Assembly (NCBI GenBank): GCA_003971905.1
Contig: RSEE01000010.1
Location: forward strand, 806,001 to 870,000
DNA: 64,000 nucleotides
Direction: 5' to 3'
Origin: Moniliella sp. 'wahieum'
Taxonomy: Eukaryota
Shown: one piece after another, positions 37,004 through 51,730 of the stretch
Layout of the letters: every line of letters begins with the position of its first letter
Numbering within the stretch: the first letter of the stretch is position 1
Program-made: the position numbers and the translations under genes
Notes under the pieces: model-generated
Database searches by the model: none
Told to the model about the DNA's origin: nothing
What the model saw: only the letters and a program-made list of their open reading frames with translations

Positions 37004-39251
37004 TTAGCTAACGAGTAACAGTGGGGCTGAAGCAGAGTGCGCGCGCGCTAGAGCACGCCAAACAGCTTTTTGCTCTGCCATATACCGTGTACGAAATCGA
37101 CACGGCCGGAATGACCTTGGCCAAGGTTGGCCCAGGCCGCCATAGAAGCCTCGGATTCCCTCGCGCACATACGTTTGGCGAAAGGCATCGACAAAGCCAT
37201 GGTAGATATAGGATGGGCTGGCTGCCACTCGCCTGGAGACGGTGCGGACCAAGTTGAGCGGGTACACCGTGATGGCCCCAGCCGAGCCACTAAAGGAGCC
37301 AATCATCAGCGTTGCGTACACGGGCATGTCGCTCCGCCCGGCCCCGCCTGCAGTAGGCCAGCTTGGCCCTTCAACGTCGGACATGTCGATCGCACTGTAA
37401 GGGAAAACGCCCACCAGCCCAGCAGGCAGGCCACGGTAGAAGCCCCGCACACCTCCTTTGGCGTAGATAGAGCGCACGGTCTGGACAACAGCCATGCTCT
37501 TTGACCTCCCGTCCCCACGGCCATTGTAGGAGGAACTCATCATCACCGTCTTGACGGTCTCGACGGGGTAGATGGCTAGGAGGCAATGCAATAAATCGGT
37601 CAGGTCAGTCCATGTGCGAAGCACGAAAAACCCCTGGCGCTCAAGAGGTCGGACGTTAAAGTTGGGCCGTGATCCCGGCCAGACCACCCGAGATGAAACG
37701 GGAGCGCGGGGAAATGTCAGTGGGTCCGAGACGTGATCAACCTGTTGAGCAAAGACGCGCTTGATCGATTCGTACGAGAAGAACTTGATTGCCGATTCGG
37801 GAAGATCTTGACGACGTTCAGGCCATTGCCGACCCAAAACGAACGCAAAACCACCGCCTTGACGTACAGCGTCCGAGCCCGCCTCCATCATTCGTCCCGC
37901 ATGGCCATTTTACCGCTGGGTACGGCGGTACTCTGGGTAATCAGGACACCTTGAGCCGATCAAAGGGGCCGTGGCAGTACGAGAATGCCACCGGCAATGC
38001 CACCAGCGAGAAGATACTTGATCGCCACCCCGCCCGGAGGATGCTGCCTTCCTCTTCCGCTGTTCCTCGTCCAGCGCCTCGTCGTCCCACAGCTCAGCAA
38101 CGGGCGTCTCGGTGGCGTCCGAGTCGTGATCGGGTCGTTTGGGCTTGAGCTTGCGCGTCGCATCGTCCAAGTGCCCGTAACATCCGAATCGCCATCGGAC
38201 GTGACACCGGCGCCTCCGCGTTCATGGGCGGTAAAGTGGTAGTAACTGTGCGCCCAGCTGCCCGAGGCCAAGTCACGAAAGATGCCACTCTCGGCGCCGG
38301 AACAGGCCATAGACCTTGCGCGCTTGGTAGAACCGCACAATCTGGGCACGCTCGCGTGCGCGGCAACAGCAGGCAGGTAGTCCCGGAATTCGGGCCAGGT
38401 CACATACGCCGCCGACCACGGCTGTCTCCCTCGCTGGGGGGCACCGCATCCCCCGTGAGGTGCGCGTGCCAGTTGCGACTGCTGCTGAGCGAGGCAATAA
38501 AGTCGCAGCTGGGTGTCGGAGAGGGTAATGTCGTGCGCGGCCAAGGCAGCTTCCACCTCGCGCAAGTCAGCCGGCCGTCGCGGTCCTGGTCCAAATGACG
38601 AAAAACGCTGTACAGCTCTCGCTCTTTCAGCGCCGCATAGCGCAGGAAGGCGTGCCACTCGAGCTGCCGTTGTCGCGTGCGGTCGTCGCGGGTCGACAGG
38701 GGCGGGGGCGAGGCGGTGGGAGCAGGCCAAACGTCGAGACCCGGGGTATCCATTCTCTGGTCGAGCGGGGGTAATGGTGGTGCTGTGCCTTCGGGCGCGG
38801 GCGGGGAGACCGGGGGAGGAGGAAGCAGAAGCTGCAGGCGATGGCTGGGGGTACATGTACGCCGCCACATCAGCCGCCGCATGCGACAGCGTCGATCCAG
38901 CCCGTACTCGCCTAGTCGTCCGTCCCCTCGGGATGGGATGGAAGACGGCGGCTCGGGCTGGCACTGGGCCAAGAGTTCGCGCGCATACTGGGGCCGCGCC
39001 TCGTCGGGCGCATGGGTCGGCGGCCCCGCACGGCCATCGGCCGCGGGGGCGTACCCGGGCAAAGGCGCCGGCAGCGTGCCGGCCTGGGCGCATCGCGGTG
39101 CGCGTCCAGGCATCCTTGGCGCGGCCAGCAGCAACGCCTCGTCGCGCGCGGCATCGGTCAACTTGTCGAAGAGACCGGCGAGGCGCAGGAGACGTGCCTG
39201 GGGCGCCTCCTGTGCGCGCACGGCGGTGAAGCCGTCGTCGTCCGGGGCCAT
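37004..39251 (-). CDS. SAL1: Ca2+-binding mitochondrial ATP-Mg/Pi carrier (SAL1/SCaMC-like), frameshifted
   Basis: EF-hand region 'FLRYAALKERELYSVFRHLDQDRDGRL', 'VTWPEFRDY'; carrier repeats 'YLLAGGIAG', 'PESAIKFFSYE', 'IYPVETVKT', 'GFYRGL..GLVGVFPYSAID', 'VYPLNLVRT'. Confidence 0.85.
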
Positions 39252-39955
39252 CTGGACGGGTGGGGAGTGGGGGGCCGCGGCCGGGCGCGGCGGGGGGAGA
39301 GAGGGGGAGGAGGGGGCCAGGAGGAGAAAGGGGGCGCAAGCAACACCAGCGTCCCACCCCACGCGACAGAAGCAGAGATGGGCTGGGCGGGCTAGGCGAG
39401 GAGGAGGAGCGGCGGCCTGGAACCAAAATCAATTGCAATGTTCAATCCGCCCGTCCCATCCCGCCTCGTGCCGACGTGGAGGCACGCACGCCCTTGTCGC
39501 CCGCCTCTGAAAAGACAAAATAGACACGGGTGCTTGCTCCGCTTGCTCCGCTTGCTCCGCCAAACATCCCTCGCCGGCTCTGCCCTCTGCCGCCCTCGCG
39601 CGGCCCCCGCCTGCTCCCGCCCCGCCTGGCCTGTCCAGCGTCTGCGCGTGGGAACCCCACCAGACGAATTAATAATGCCCCGATGCATATCCCACTCCCC
39701 ACGTGACCCCCCTTGCACTTGCCGTGCCCTGCCTCGCACGAGCCACTCTCTCGCAGATCTCACCAACTCAGTTCATCGTTGCGTCCACCAGCACCAACTG
39801 GCACTCCAGCCTCAGATGACTAGCAGCTCCTTGCTCTCTCCCCTACGGCCTAATGCATCCGCAACTGCCCGGCTCTCGCCCCCAATGTGAAAAAAGATGC
39901 GCTGGAAAATGCACAATGACTTACTTATTTTTTCACCCGGGCAAGCAGCAAGTGC

Positions 39956-41149
39956 TTACAACAGCTTCTCCAACTCTTCGTAGATCGCCTGGCCCATCTC
40001 CTTGGTCGACGTTTGGCCGCCCAAGTCGCGTGTGCGCAGGCCGCGCCCGCCAATCTCCGGAGCATCCAGCACCTTGCGCACCGCCGCCTCCACCTTCTCT
40101 GCCGCTGCCGGCTGGGCAAGCGACCAGCGGAGCAAGAGCGCAGCCGACAAGATGGTCCCAATGGGGTTGGCAATCCCTTGCCCGGCAATGTCGGGGGCCG
40201 AACCATGGATGGGTTCGTAGATGCCATTGCACCGGTTCTTGCCGTCGGGCAGGGCCGACAGCGAGCCAGAAGGCAGCAGCCCCAAGGAGCCGGGCAGGAC
40301 ACTGGATTCGTCCGAGAGAATGTCGCCAAACATGTTCTCGGTAAGGAGAATGCCATTGAGCTTGCGCGGGTTGCTCACCATCAGCATCGCCGCACTGTCA
40401 ACCAGGTGGTGGTCGAGGGGAATGTTCTTGTCCCCAAACTCCTTCTCGAGCGTGTCCGTGACGACCTTACGCCACAGCCGGCTGGTGGCCAGCACATTGG
40501 CCTTGTCAATCGAGTGAATGGGCAGCGGGGGTTGTGCTGGAGGGCTAAGTAGGCAGCCAGGCGCGTGATCCGTTCCACATCCGCCCGGTCGTACACCATC
40601 TGGTCCACCGCTTCCCCCTTGCTGCCCTCGGACAGGTCCGCCTCGGTACGCGAGCCAAAGTACAAGCCCTTGACCAGCTCCCGCACCACAATCACGTCCG
40701 TGCCACGAACAATCTCGGGGCGCAGCGGCGAGTGCTCCACAAGCGAGTCCGAGATGAAGGAGGCCGGACGAATGTTGGCGTAGAGGTCGAGTTCCTTGCG
40801 GATGGCTAGCAAGCCTTGCTCGGGGCGCACCTTGCCCACACCCCACTTGGGCCCGCCAACGGCACCTGGGTTCAGTGGGTTGTTAGGGAGAGGGAGGAGG
40901 AAGGATGGGCAACACGGGGGAAAGGCGTACCAAGCAGAATGGCGTCAGCAACCTTGCATGCCTCGCGCGTCTTGGTGGGGTAAGGGTCGCCGGACGAGTC
41001 GATGGCGGCGCCGCCAAAGTCGTAGGAGGTGAGCTTGAGGTCAAAGTCGCTCTTGACGCAACGAGCTCGAGGATGCGGCTGGCCTCGGCCACGATTTCGG
41101 GCCCGATGCCGTCGCCGGGAAGAACAGCAATGTTGAACGTCTTGGACAT
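39956..41149 (-). CDS. LEU2: 3-isopropylmalate dehydrogenase
   Basis: '[19 protein letters not shown]', '[22 protein letters not shown]', '[14 protein letters not shown]', '[11 protein letters not shown]', '[19 protein letters not shown]'. One intron within ~40866-40950. Confidence 0.95.
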
Positions 41150-41850
41150 GGCGGGAACAAACAAACAACAGGGGCAGGAGGGGGTGGGCCGTGGTTGGTG
41201 GTGGTGGAGCAGGGAGGGAGGGGCTGCTGCCGGCGGCAGCGGTGTGGTGGGCCAAGCAAGTCCGCTTGACTGGGGCGAAACGTGAGCCGGATGGCAGGCA
41301 CAGGGGCAGTCTGTGCCCATGTCCGCCCATCCGTTGCTTCCTCCGCAGCAGCAATTCTCCACGGCCCCCCACACTTCTCCGCGCATGGTGTGAACATTTG
41401 CACAGTGGCGCCCACCCGTCGGCGCGGACGAGCTGGATTGGGCCGGTGGGCCGGCATGCATGCCCCACTCCGTGCAGCTGGAAACGTAAGCACGGACACG
41501 TGGGCGGAACAGGCGGGGCGGAATGCGGGAGCGGTCGGAGGCGCCCGGGAGCGGGTGCAAGGGCGTGCGGCGGCGGGAGCGCGGCGAGAGGCAGTGTGCG
41601 GCGGGTGGTCACGGGCAATTAGTCAGGCGGACGCAAGCGCAGCGCTGCCGTCAGCACCCGCGTGCGCATCCACTGCACCCGGGGTGCGCCCAGACAGACC
41701 GGCGCCGTGCCCCGGGCGGCGCGGATGAGCGATCGATGACGTCGGGCGGCGGACTGGGTCTGTGCAGCGCTGGGCAACCTTCTGGCCAGCCAGCCACCTC
41801 CACCCCTGGCTCTGCCAACCACCGCTGCTCCCCTCCGCGTCGCCGCCACC

Positions 41851-43511
41851 ATGCTTGCGCCTCGCCTTCTCCGCCCCTCCGCTTCCCGCGTCCTTGCGGC
41901 GCGCCCCCCATCCTCCCCCGTGCCCGCGCCCCCCTGCCCGCCGTCCGTGCGCTGAGCCTGGCCGCTGCGCCTCGCGGTGCGCTCGCCCCCCCGCCGCTAC
42001 GCCCCTGGCCCTGCGCGGCCTCCACTCGTCTGCGTATGCGCTCGACTCGGTCAAGGTCCCCGAGCTCGCCGAGTCCATCACCGAGGGCACGCTCAAGCAG
42101 TGGCTCAAGCAGCCCGGCGAGTATGTCCAGGAGGGCGAGGAGATCGCCAGTGTCGAGACGGACAAGATTGACGTGAGCATCAATGCGCCCGTCAGCGGCA
42201 TTTTGACCAAGACGCTGGCCAACCCCGATGACAACATTGAAGTCGGCCACGAAATTGCCATTATCGAGCCCGGTCCTCCTCCTTCCGGCGGCGCTGCTGC
42301 CCCTGCCCCCCAGGCTGCCGAGCCGCCCGCTGCTTCGCCTGCTCCTGCTGCCCCGGCACCTTCGGGCTCAGCGAGGGCAAGGCCACGGGCCCTGTGCAGA
42401 CCGTCAACGTTCCCTCGCTCGCCGAGTCCATCACGGAAGGTACGCTGAAGCAGTGGCTCAAGCAGCCTGGGGAGTACGTCAAGGAGGGCGATGAGGTGGC
42501 CAGCATTGAGACGGACAAGATTGATGTGAGCGTCAATGCGCCTGTGAGTGGCTTTGTGCAAGAAACCCTGGCCAAGGAGGGCGACACGGTCGAGGTGGAA
42601 CACCCTGTTCAAGATCCAGCCTGCGGACGCGCCCGCTGGTGGGGCACCCGCTGCTGCCGCACCCGCGCCTGCCGCCAGCGCCCCTACCCTTCTGCTCCTG
42701 CCCCCTCCGCAGCCCCCACGCCTGCGCCTGCCGCGCCTTCCAAGCCGGCGGCCCCTGCCCAAGAAGGATGCTGCGGCTGCTCCTGTGGAGGAGAAGCCTG
42801 TGGCTGGCAGCCGCGCTGTGCACCGGGTCAAGATGAACCGGATGCGTTTGCGCATTGCGGAACGGTTGAAGCAGTCGCAAAACACCGCGGCCAGCTTGAC
42901 GACGTTCAATGAAATTGACATGAGCGGTCTGATGGCCTTCCGTGCGCGCCACAAGGACGCCGTGTTGAAGGCGACTGGCGTCAAGCTTGGCTTCATGAGT
43001 GCCTTCTCCAAGGCGTCGGCGCTAGCGCTCAAGGAGATCCCGGCTGCCAACGCGCAGATCGAGGGTCCTGGTCTGGGCGACACGATTGCGTACCACGATT
43101 ATGTTGACTTGGCCGTTGCCGTGTCGACGCCCAAGGGTCTCGTACCCCGGTCGTGCGCAACATTGAGTCCATGTCGCTGGTGGAGATTGAGGCGGCGATC
43201 GCTGCGCTGGGCACCAAGGCGCGCGACGGCAAGTTGTCCCTGGAGGACATGCAGGGCGGCACGTTTACCATCTCGAACGGGGGTGTGTTTGGGTCGCTGT
43301 TTGGCACCCCCATCCTCAACCTACCCGGCGCGGCCATCTTGGGCATGCACGGCATCAAGGAGAAACCCGTGGTGGTCAATGGCAAGGTGAAATTCGCCCA
43401 TCATGGTCGTCGCCCTGACGTACGACCACCGTATCCTCGACGGCCGTGAAGCGGTCACCTTCCTCGTCAAGCTCAAGAACTACCTGGAGGACTCCTTCGA
43501 TGCTGATCTAA
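41851..43511 (+). CDS. KGD2: 2-oxoglutarate dehydrogenase E2 (dihydrolipoamide succinyltransferase) with two lipoyl domains, frameshifted
   Basis: Arg-rich presequence from ATG 41851; two '[12 protein letters not shown]...ETDKIDV..NAP' domains; '[32 protein letters not shown]'; '[20 protein letters not shown]'; '[17 protein letters not shown]'. Confidence 0.93.
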
Positions 43512-44847
43512 CTGCCCCCGGCCTAGGGCCTAGCATGGAGGCTGCTGCCCAATAAGATGGAAGGCAAGGGCTGGCTCCCACATGTCACCCTGGCTTGCCC
43601 TGCATTGATCATCATGCTTCGACCGTTGACCCCTGACCCCCCTATCCCCCCTCTCGGTATACGCTTGACACGTTGTCGATCATCCCTTCCCCCCTTCCCT
43701 TCTCTTTCCCCCTCTTCTCTTCCCTCCCCTGCTCCCTTTCCCCCTCATCATTTCCTCTATCTCGCTTCAATCCACCGTTGGCCACCAAATTGATGCACAG
43801 TGTTGGTTAATGCGCATCATTCCCGCTGTTGACGACCTGTAGCACGCGTGACTCTTGTTCTTTCCTTTGCCCATCTTTTGACTCCATCTCTAACCCTGTG
43901 CATGCGCCTGCATCATGGATCCTGCACAACAAGGTCTTCTGCCATGACGCGTGACGGCTTAGCCCGCCGATTGTCTGGAACGCTCTGCCTTCAGTTTTAC
44001 AGACCTTTTGTGACCTGCTCGTTGTCGTCTGTTTCCTTTGTTTTTTCTTCGTTTCTCCTTTCTCCTTCCCCTGCCTCTTGTTTCCGACCTCGAACCTTGA
44101 AGCTTGAAGTTTGTTTGCCGCCCGCAAAATTGCCCCCGCCTTGGCGCCCTGCCTCCTGACCTTTGCCGATCCTATCTTGCCATGCTAGCACGACAACCTT
44201 ATCACGTACCCTAATGAGACCTTGGATGACAAGCTCACCCCCTCGTACATGTGTGGCCACCAAAACTATTAGCTAGAGCTAGCTCTATCTATACCCACAA
44301 TGATTTTAATGACTGGGCTCAACATGGCTTGCATCCCGCTGGTCTGCCCACACCCACAGCAGCCCACAGCATAACCTGCATAACCTTGCTCTCATCGGCT
44401 TGGTCGTTCTCTCGCCTTGATGGCACTGAGAACTGGGCTTCAGTCTTCAACTGAGCGATAAGCTTATCTCTCCTCTGCGCCCCCACAGGCCTGTCACAGG
44501 CTAACATATACTTCCGAGTACACCGGAGCCCCAACGGCCGAGGTACAAGATACCATGCCCGCCGATGAGTAGTATCAGGATTCCGGCTCAGCCGCTGAGC
44601 CGGAGTGGTTCTCAGCAGGGCTCAACTTGAGCGGTCAGCTGACTGCTAGCCGGTGCACTCAATCCGCTCAGTCGCATCGCTTTCGCCTCTCGGTTCCGTG
44701 GCCGGGCCCGTTGGGTCGGCTAGTCACATGCGTCACATGCCATGTCACATGTCACAGAGGAGAGGTGGGACTTGGAGAGGAGAGGAGCTCGTGCGGTGAA
44801 GTGACCGCGTCACAAGTCCCCGTGACTTGTGGGTGCGTCCCCCGTAG

Positions 44848-44913
44848 CCCCCAGTAAGCACAGTAAGCGCCAAGCGCTACCCCCCAGTAAGCACAGTAAG
44901 CGCCAAGCGCTAC
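44848..44913. repeat. Direct tandem duplication, 33 bp x2
   Basis: CCCCCAGTAAGCACAGTAAGCGCCAAGCGCTAC repeated head-to-tail. Confidence 0.85.
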
Positions 44914-45460
44914 GTTGTTCTATGGCCCAGAGGGGCAAGAGAGTAGATCGACCAAAGCTCCGAAAGGGGAAATTGGATTGAAGGCACAACAGAGAAGCGG
45001 GAGGGTTGCTACTTGCCTACGGTCAAGATGGCATTGAATGTCGTTGGTTCATGTTTGGTTTATGGTGCCAGGTGCACAATGGGAGTATTGAGTGCCTCTG
45101 TATGCAACTGGTGATAGGGTGGGGGTGGGGGGGGGGACTGGTGGGGGTCTCGCCTGGAAATGGGAACCCTGCCGCGCTCACGCGTCTCGCCGGAAACCCA
45201 TGTGGATCCGGCCCCATTAGCCGCATGGACCACGTGAACCGTTTGCACCGTTGGTGCCCAGCGCCCAGCACACACACATAAGCTTCCCGCCGGAGCGAAG
45301 CGGGGTGGAGGCTTCGAGATTTAGGGAGTGCAAGGGAGATTGTACTACGGGTGCTGGTGGTGTATGAAGAAGTGTGGTTGCTAATAAAATGGCCCACTCC
45401 CACGTCCAAAGCTTATTCATCGAGCAATATTCCTCTCTCAGATCTTAGATCGGCCTCGGA

Positions 45461-45550
45461 TGTCATATGTCACACATGCCACATGTCACACATGCCACAT
45501 GTCACACATGCCACATGTCACACATGCCACCTGCCCCATGTCACATGCCG
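45461..45550. repeat. 16-bp minisatellite (~4.5 copies) built on TGTCACA
   Basis: (ATGTCACACATGCCAC)n with degenerate flanking copies. Confidence 0.85.
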
Positions 45551-46000
45551 CACTTCCCTAGTCGTTACGCTATCTCAGCAGGTGCTGCAGGGCAGATGGG
45601 CAGTGTGCACGGCCAGGCACCAACAAAGCTCGGGGGCAGTATTGGGCATTCGGTGACCGGCACTGGAGAAGGGGTGACATGGTGACAAGCGATGCGTGAT
45701 GGGTGCGGCAAGGCAGCGCTGTGGCTGGGACGTGGGATGGGCATAGTTAAGCTTTAAGCTTTCTGTTTCAAGCCTTTTAAGCTAAGCCAGAAGCCAAATC
45801 ATTAATCACCGCCGCATGGTACGTAGCGGTGTTGTTTTCTACAGTACCTACCAGCACCCAGCCTGCCACTGCACCATCCTACGGCCCAACGCCCCAGATA
45901 CGCTACGCCTGGTTCCTCCCCCAGCCAGCAGCGCACGTCCACCCCCACCCTTTTTCTTTTCTTCCCTCTCTGGCACCAGCTCTTCGCGCCCTCTAACCCA

Positions 46001-47347
46001 ATGGCGCTTCCGCGAGAACGACGGCGGCAGGACAGCCTCGTCAGCGCCCTTAGCGCCGACTCATGGGATGCTGCTATCAGCGACATGGAAGCCATTGCCC
46101 ACCACATCCAACTCGGCATGCCACCCAAGTCTGCCGCACACGCCGTAGCCGTATCCGTCTCTGGCTCCTTCCACCCCACCGGCTACGAAAGCGACCCCAT
46201 CGAGACCGTCACTGTCACCGTGCCCCCACCCTCCTCCGCATCCTCGATTTCTCCTCGGGCCCGACGTGCATCTTCCCCCGGCCCGACACCGACATTGCCC
46301 CTGCCCCCCGTACCGCCCTTGCCTAGCGGCCTTCCTGCACTTGCTATCCCCATCTGGGACTCCAGTACAGCCGGAACAGAGGGGACAGCAAGTGCGGATA
46401 CGGCGGTAGCAGGGGATCAGCTTACCCCGCCGCTCGATCCCAGCCATCCAGCCCAATCGCCTGCTCCGCTCGGGACGAGCAGCACAAGCTCTCTACGCCT
46501 CTCACGCCCGTATCTAAATCACCGCAAGTGGCCCTGCAACGGCTCGAGGACGCTCTGCAAACCTTACGTCGCGAATCGAGCTTGTGTCTTCGCCCGTTAC
46601 TGGAAGAACCGAGTAGCCAGCCCCATTCGCCCCCCCCTTCTGTCTCCGCAGACCGCCCATCACTCGATGCGCGACCTCGCGTCCAGTTCGACGGGGAGAC
46701 GAGGACGCGGAGAAAGTCACGCGAGGAAAGCCGCGTGCCAGTCCAACGCCAGGCTGCTCACCATTTGTTCTTCGTCGCCCCGCCCAAGCGCGTGCATCTC
46801 AACCCTCTCCATCCCCAATTCTGCCGCGTCCCACATCCAGTCCTTCCCACTCACTGCGCCTCAAGAAGCGGAGGAGGAAGAGGACGAGAGTGAACCAGGA
46901 GGGCGCATGCGTCGGCAGAGTGACGAGCCAGCAGGAAAGGGGGACCGTGCGCCTCGCGCTCACTCGGTCCCGAGGCTGTCGCCTTGTACCTCGATGCACG
47001 TCCATGCGCCCATGACGGCGTCGCTTCAACTCGACCTGAACGCGATCCTAGATCGCGTCGCACAGGCCAATAAGATGCGGTTGGAAGACCAATGCGCGCT
47101 GCCGCTTCCCCTGCCACCAACGCCGCCGCGCTGGCACGCCTGGACGAACCATTGGCCCGGCCGGAACGGGCCGCACCACCTCCCTCCTTCCCCCCCCGCC
47201 TCGCCGCGGGTCAATTTGCTGCATGCCCTGCACCTCCCTTTGTTTCGCAAACGGAAGAATACCCTTCCACGGTCCGAATCGGTCGCCGAGCCAACGGATC
47301 CAGATCGGTCCGAGCGAAGGCGCAGCTTGATTCCACGGTTCCATTAA
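46001..47347 (+). CDS. Hypothetical Pro/Ser-rich protein (probably frameshifted internally)
   Basis: 448-codon ATG ORF in gene-sized space, protein-like at the N-terminus ('DSWDAAISDMEAIAHHIQLG') and at 'LDLNAILDRVAQANKMRLEDQ'. No family recognised. Confidence 0.5.
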   Translation: MALPRERRRQDSLVSALSADSWDAAISDMEAIAHHIQLGMPPKSAAHAVAVSVSGSFHPTGYESDPIETVTVTVPPPSSASSISPRARRASSPGPTPTLPLPPVPPLPSGLPALAIPIWDSSTAGTEGTASADTAVAGDQLTPPLDPSHPAQSPAPLGTSSTSSLRLSRPYLNHRKWPCNGSRTLCKPYVANRACVFARYWKNRVASPIRPPLLSPQTAHHSMRDLASSSTGRRGRGESHARKAACQSNARLLTICSSSPRPSACISTLSIPNSAASHIQSFPLTAPQEAEEEEDESEPGGRMRRQSDEPAGKGDRAPRAHSVPRLSPCTSMHVHAPMTASLQLDLNAILDRVAQANKMRLEDQCALPLPLPPTPPRWHAWTNHWPGRNGPHHLPPSPPASPRVNLLHALHLPLFRKRKNTLPRSESVAEPTDPDRSERRRSLIPRFH

Positions 47348-49885
47348 CTACACTTGCCTTTACCCCGTTGCCTCTCCCTTTGGTGGCTTAATACGCTCCT
47401 TGTACCTCCCCACTGTCATTATGACTCGTCCGCGTCATTAGTATTCATACCTGGCCGCGGTTTCATGCTGGCTGGGCCATACCACCCTCTCTCGTTTGTT
47501 ATCAAAAGGTCTTCAGCCTCCACACACCGGTGTTAGCACTCTGTCACCCTCCTCTCCCTCCCCCTGTAGGCATTACATTCATTATCCCTCTGCCTACCTA
47601 CCCCGATTGGCCTCATACCAAAATTCACACCCCCTCTCCTCTCGTGGGCATCCCTCTCTCCATTTGCTGATTACACTGTGTTGGTTCTCCTTGCGGATAC
47701 GCATGTCGGTGCATTCAACTGCGACTTGGCGTCCTTGCGCGCAAAGTGCCCCGCCTTGGCTTGTTGCCGCGCTGGAAGAAGAAAAGCGGAGATGCCAGCT
47801 GGACAGCACCTGCAGTATAGGCTTTGCTCAAGTTCGGCGCCTGGAAGCTTAACCGAATCGGCTGCGTTATGCAATCGCAGCGTTGCGCGTTGTGTTGACA
47901 GCATTTTCCCAGGTAGAGAGGCATCTGGCTTCAAGCTTCATGCAATATGATGGGCCGGACGAGTGAATGGATGATTGTTGCATCACCGAAAACGCTACCA
48001 GACCCTACCCGCTGTGGCGCCTCCCCGTGCGCTGTTTCGCAGAAGGGAAGCACCCTCGTCTCCGATTCCAGAGAGCTCCTTCTCTCAGATCTCTTCTCGT
48101 TTCCTACCACAAAAACACTCAAACACTGGCCACCACCTGCGGCGACCACTTGCCGTCCCCGGTGCCCCCTGTCCCCGGTATCGCCACTGTCCCCGCGGCC
48201 CGAAACGGCGGAAGGCTAACGCGCTAACGCACCCTGAGCGGTGCTCGTGTAGGCTCGGTCCCGTGGCCACCGCCACGCCGGGTGTCGGTTGTTTTTTTTG
48301 GTTTTGCTTGTGCCCCGCACGTCATTTTGCAGCCCCCCCCCCCCCCCCCAAAGCAATGGAAACGCACTGTACCAACAGCAGCCTTCCCACACGCGGATCG
48401 TTGCCACGCCACTGTCAAGTACACAGCGGACAGTGTTCACAGTGTTCTGCATCATGATGCAGGATCGACGATCTGGATGATTCCCATGTCCAAGACGCCC
48501 AAATCCCCGCATTTTTGCAGAAGAGAAACCATCATAGGCGCCTCGATGCTATCCTACAGCAGAAGTAGTTTTCAGTAGAACATTCAATTCGCCGAAAGGC
48601 CAACAGACACAATGCATGCAGACATGTGCTTGGCCTGGTAGGACCATGTGGTTACAACTGAACGTTACTTCGAACTCATCTCAATACTACTCGGGTACTT
48701 AGTACGCAGTGCTCAACGTGTTCTGCGTTCAAGACGTTTTCCACGTTTCCTTCCCCGCCACCCTCGTCTTCTCACACGCTGTTGGTCTTGCTCGCTCTCA
48801 CCACCACTTGCCGTTTTTTCCGCCCTCGTCACACTCGGACCCCAGCACCTCTCTGGCCTCAGTAACTCAGTTCTCAGACCTCAGTGAGTCACCCTACCAA
48901 CCATATGGGGCAAGTCCACGAGGCAGTCCACAGGCCTCCCTACCTCATCGATACCTTGGTACAATCGATACAATAGGTGGTTGCCAGGTAATGCATAATG
49001 GCTTACCATGTTACCCGTTCAACATTCCGTTCCTTTCCACGTTGTCTCCGCCCCTGCCTGCCTGGCAAAACGTGTGTGTGACAAGCAACACCACATCTTT
49101 GTGGCTCTCACTTGCAGCGATGAGCATCTACTCATATACACGTTAAGTAGGTCATGGGAGGTTGGTCAGGTTTCGATTCCTTTCCACGCTTTGCCCTCCA
49201 GATGCTGTGACAAGGGAAAATAACCAGGCACCGTTTGCGTCCGACTGCTTACGTGCACGGCAGAAACGGATGCGCCACTGTCGGCTGCCTGGGTAACCAA
49301 TAAGCCAGCGGGCTGGCAGTGATGACGGAGCGAGTCGATTGGGCGCCGCAGAGGGCCCCCCCGCAGGGAGCCTGGAACAGGCCGATCGGCTCAGGGGGAG
49401 GGGTATCATGGACAGTACGGAGCGGATGGGACGCATGGCACGCGAGAGGAGTTGAAGTGTATAGGCCAATAATAGGCAGAAAGAGGGAGGCAGGCGAGGG
49501 GCAATGCTATGGAAGAGGATCAGTGCGCACTGCTTTCAAGTGGGACGGACGAGGCCTATGCACGGCATGGAGAGAGGTTTGCATCCCCTGCCGCCAAGGT
49601 AGATTCAAAAGTAGTTGCCCAGAATGAGTATATTTGGAACAGGACGGTGGGTATGTAGAAACGGAACGATAAGATGAGAGAGGACAAATGGGGAGTGAGA
49701 ACATCTGGCTTCGCTCACCGTATATAGCAAACGGGGTGAGGCTGGCCAGGGCCAGGGCCGAGGTGCAGCGCCCGTTGGGCACGAAAAGGCGCAGGGACTT
49801 ACAATCAGATGAAGAGCCAGGGCAGTCGGTAGCAAGCAGGAAGGAGAAAACATGTGAAAGGAGGCTGCGGAGAATGCGGGAAGAA

Positions 49886-51730
<1,845 letters not shown>

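Noticed and set aside
47350..49880. Gene or ncRNA in this 2.5-kb gap (likewise 1500-2800)
   Set aside because: I could not identify a coherent ORF, splice pattern or RNA structure by eye.
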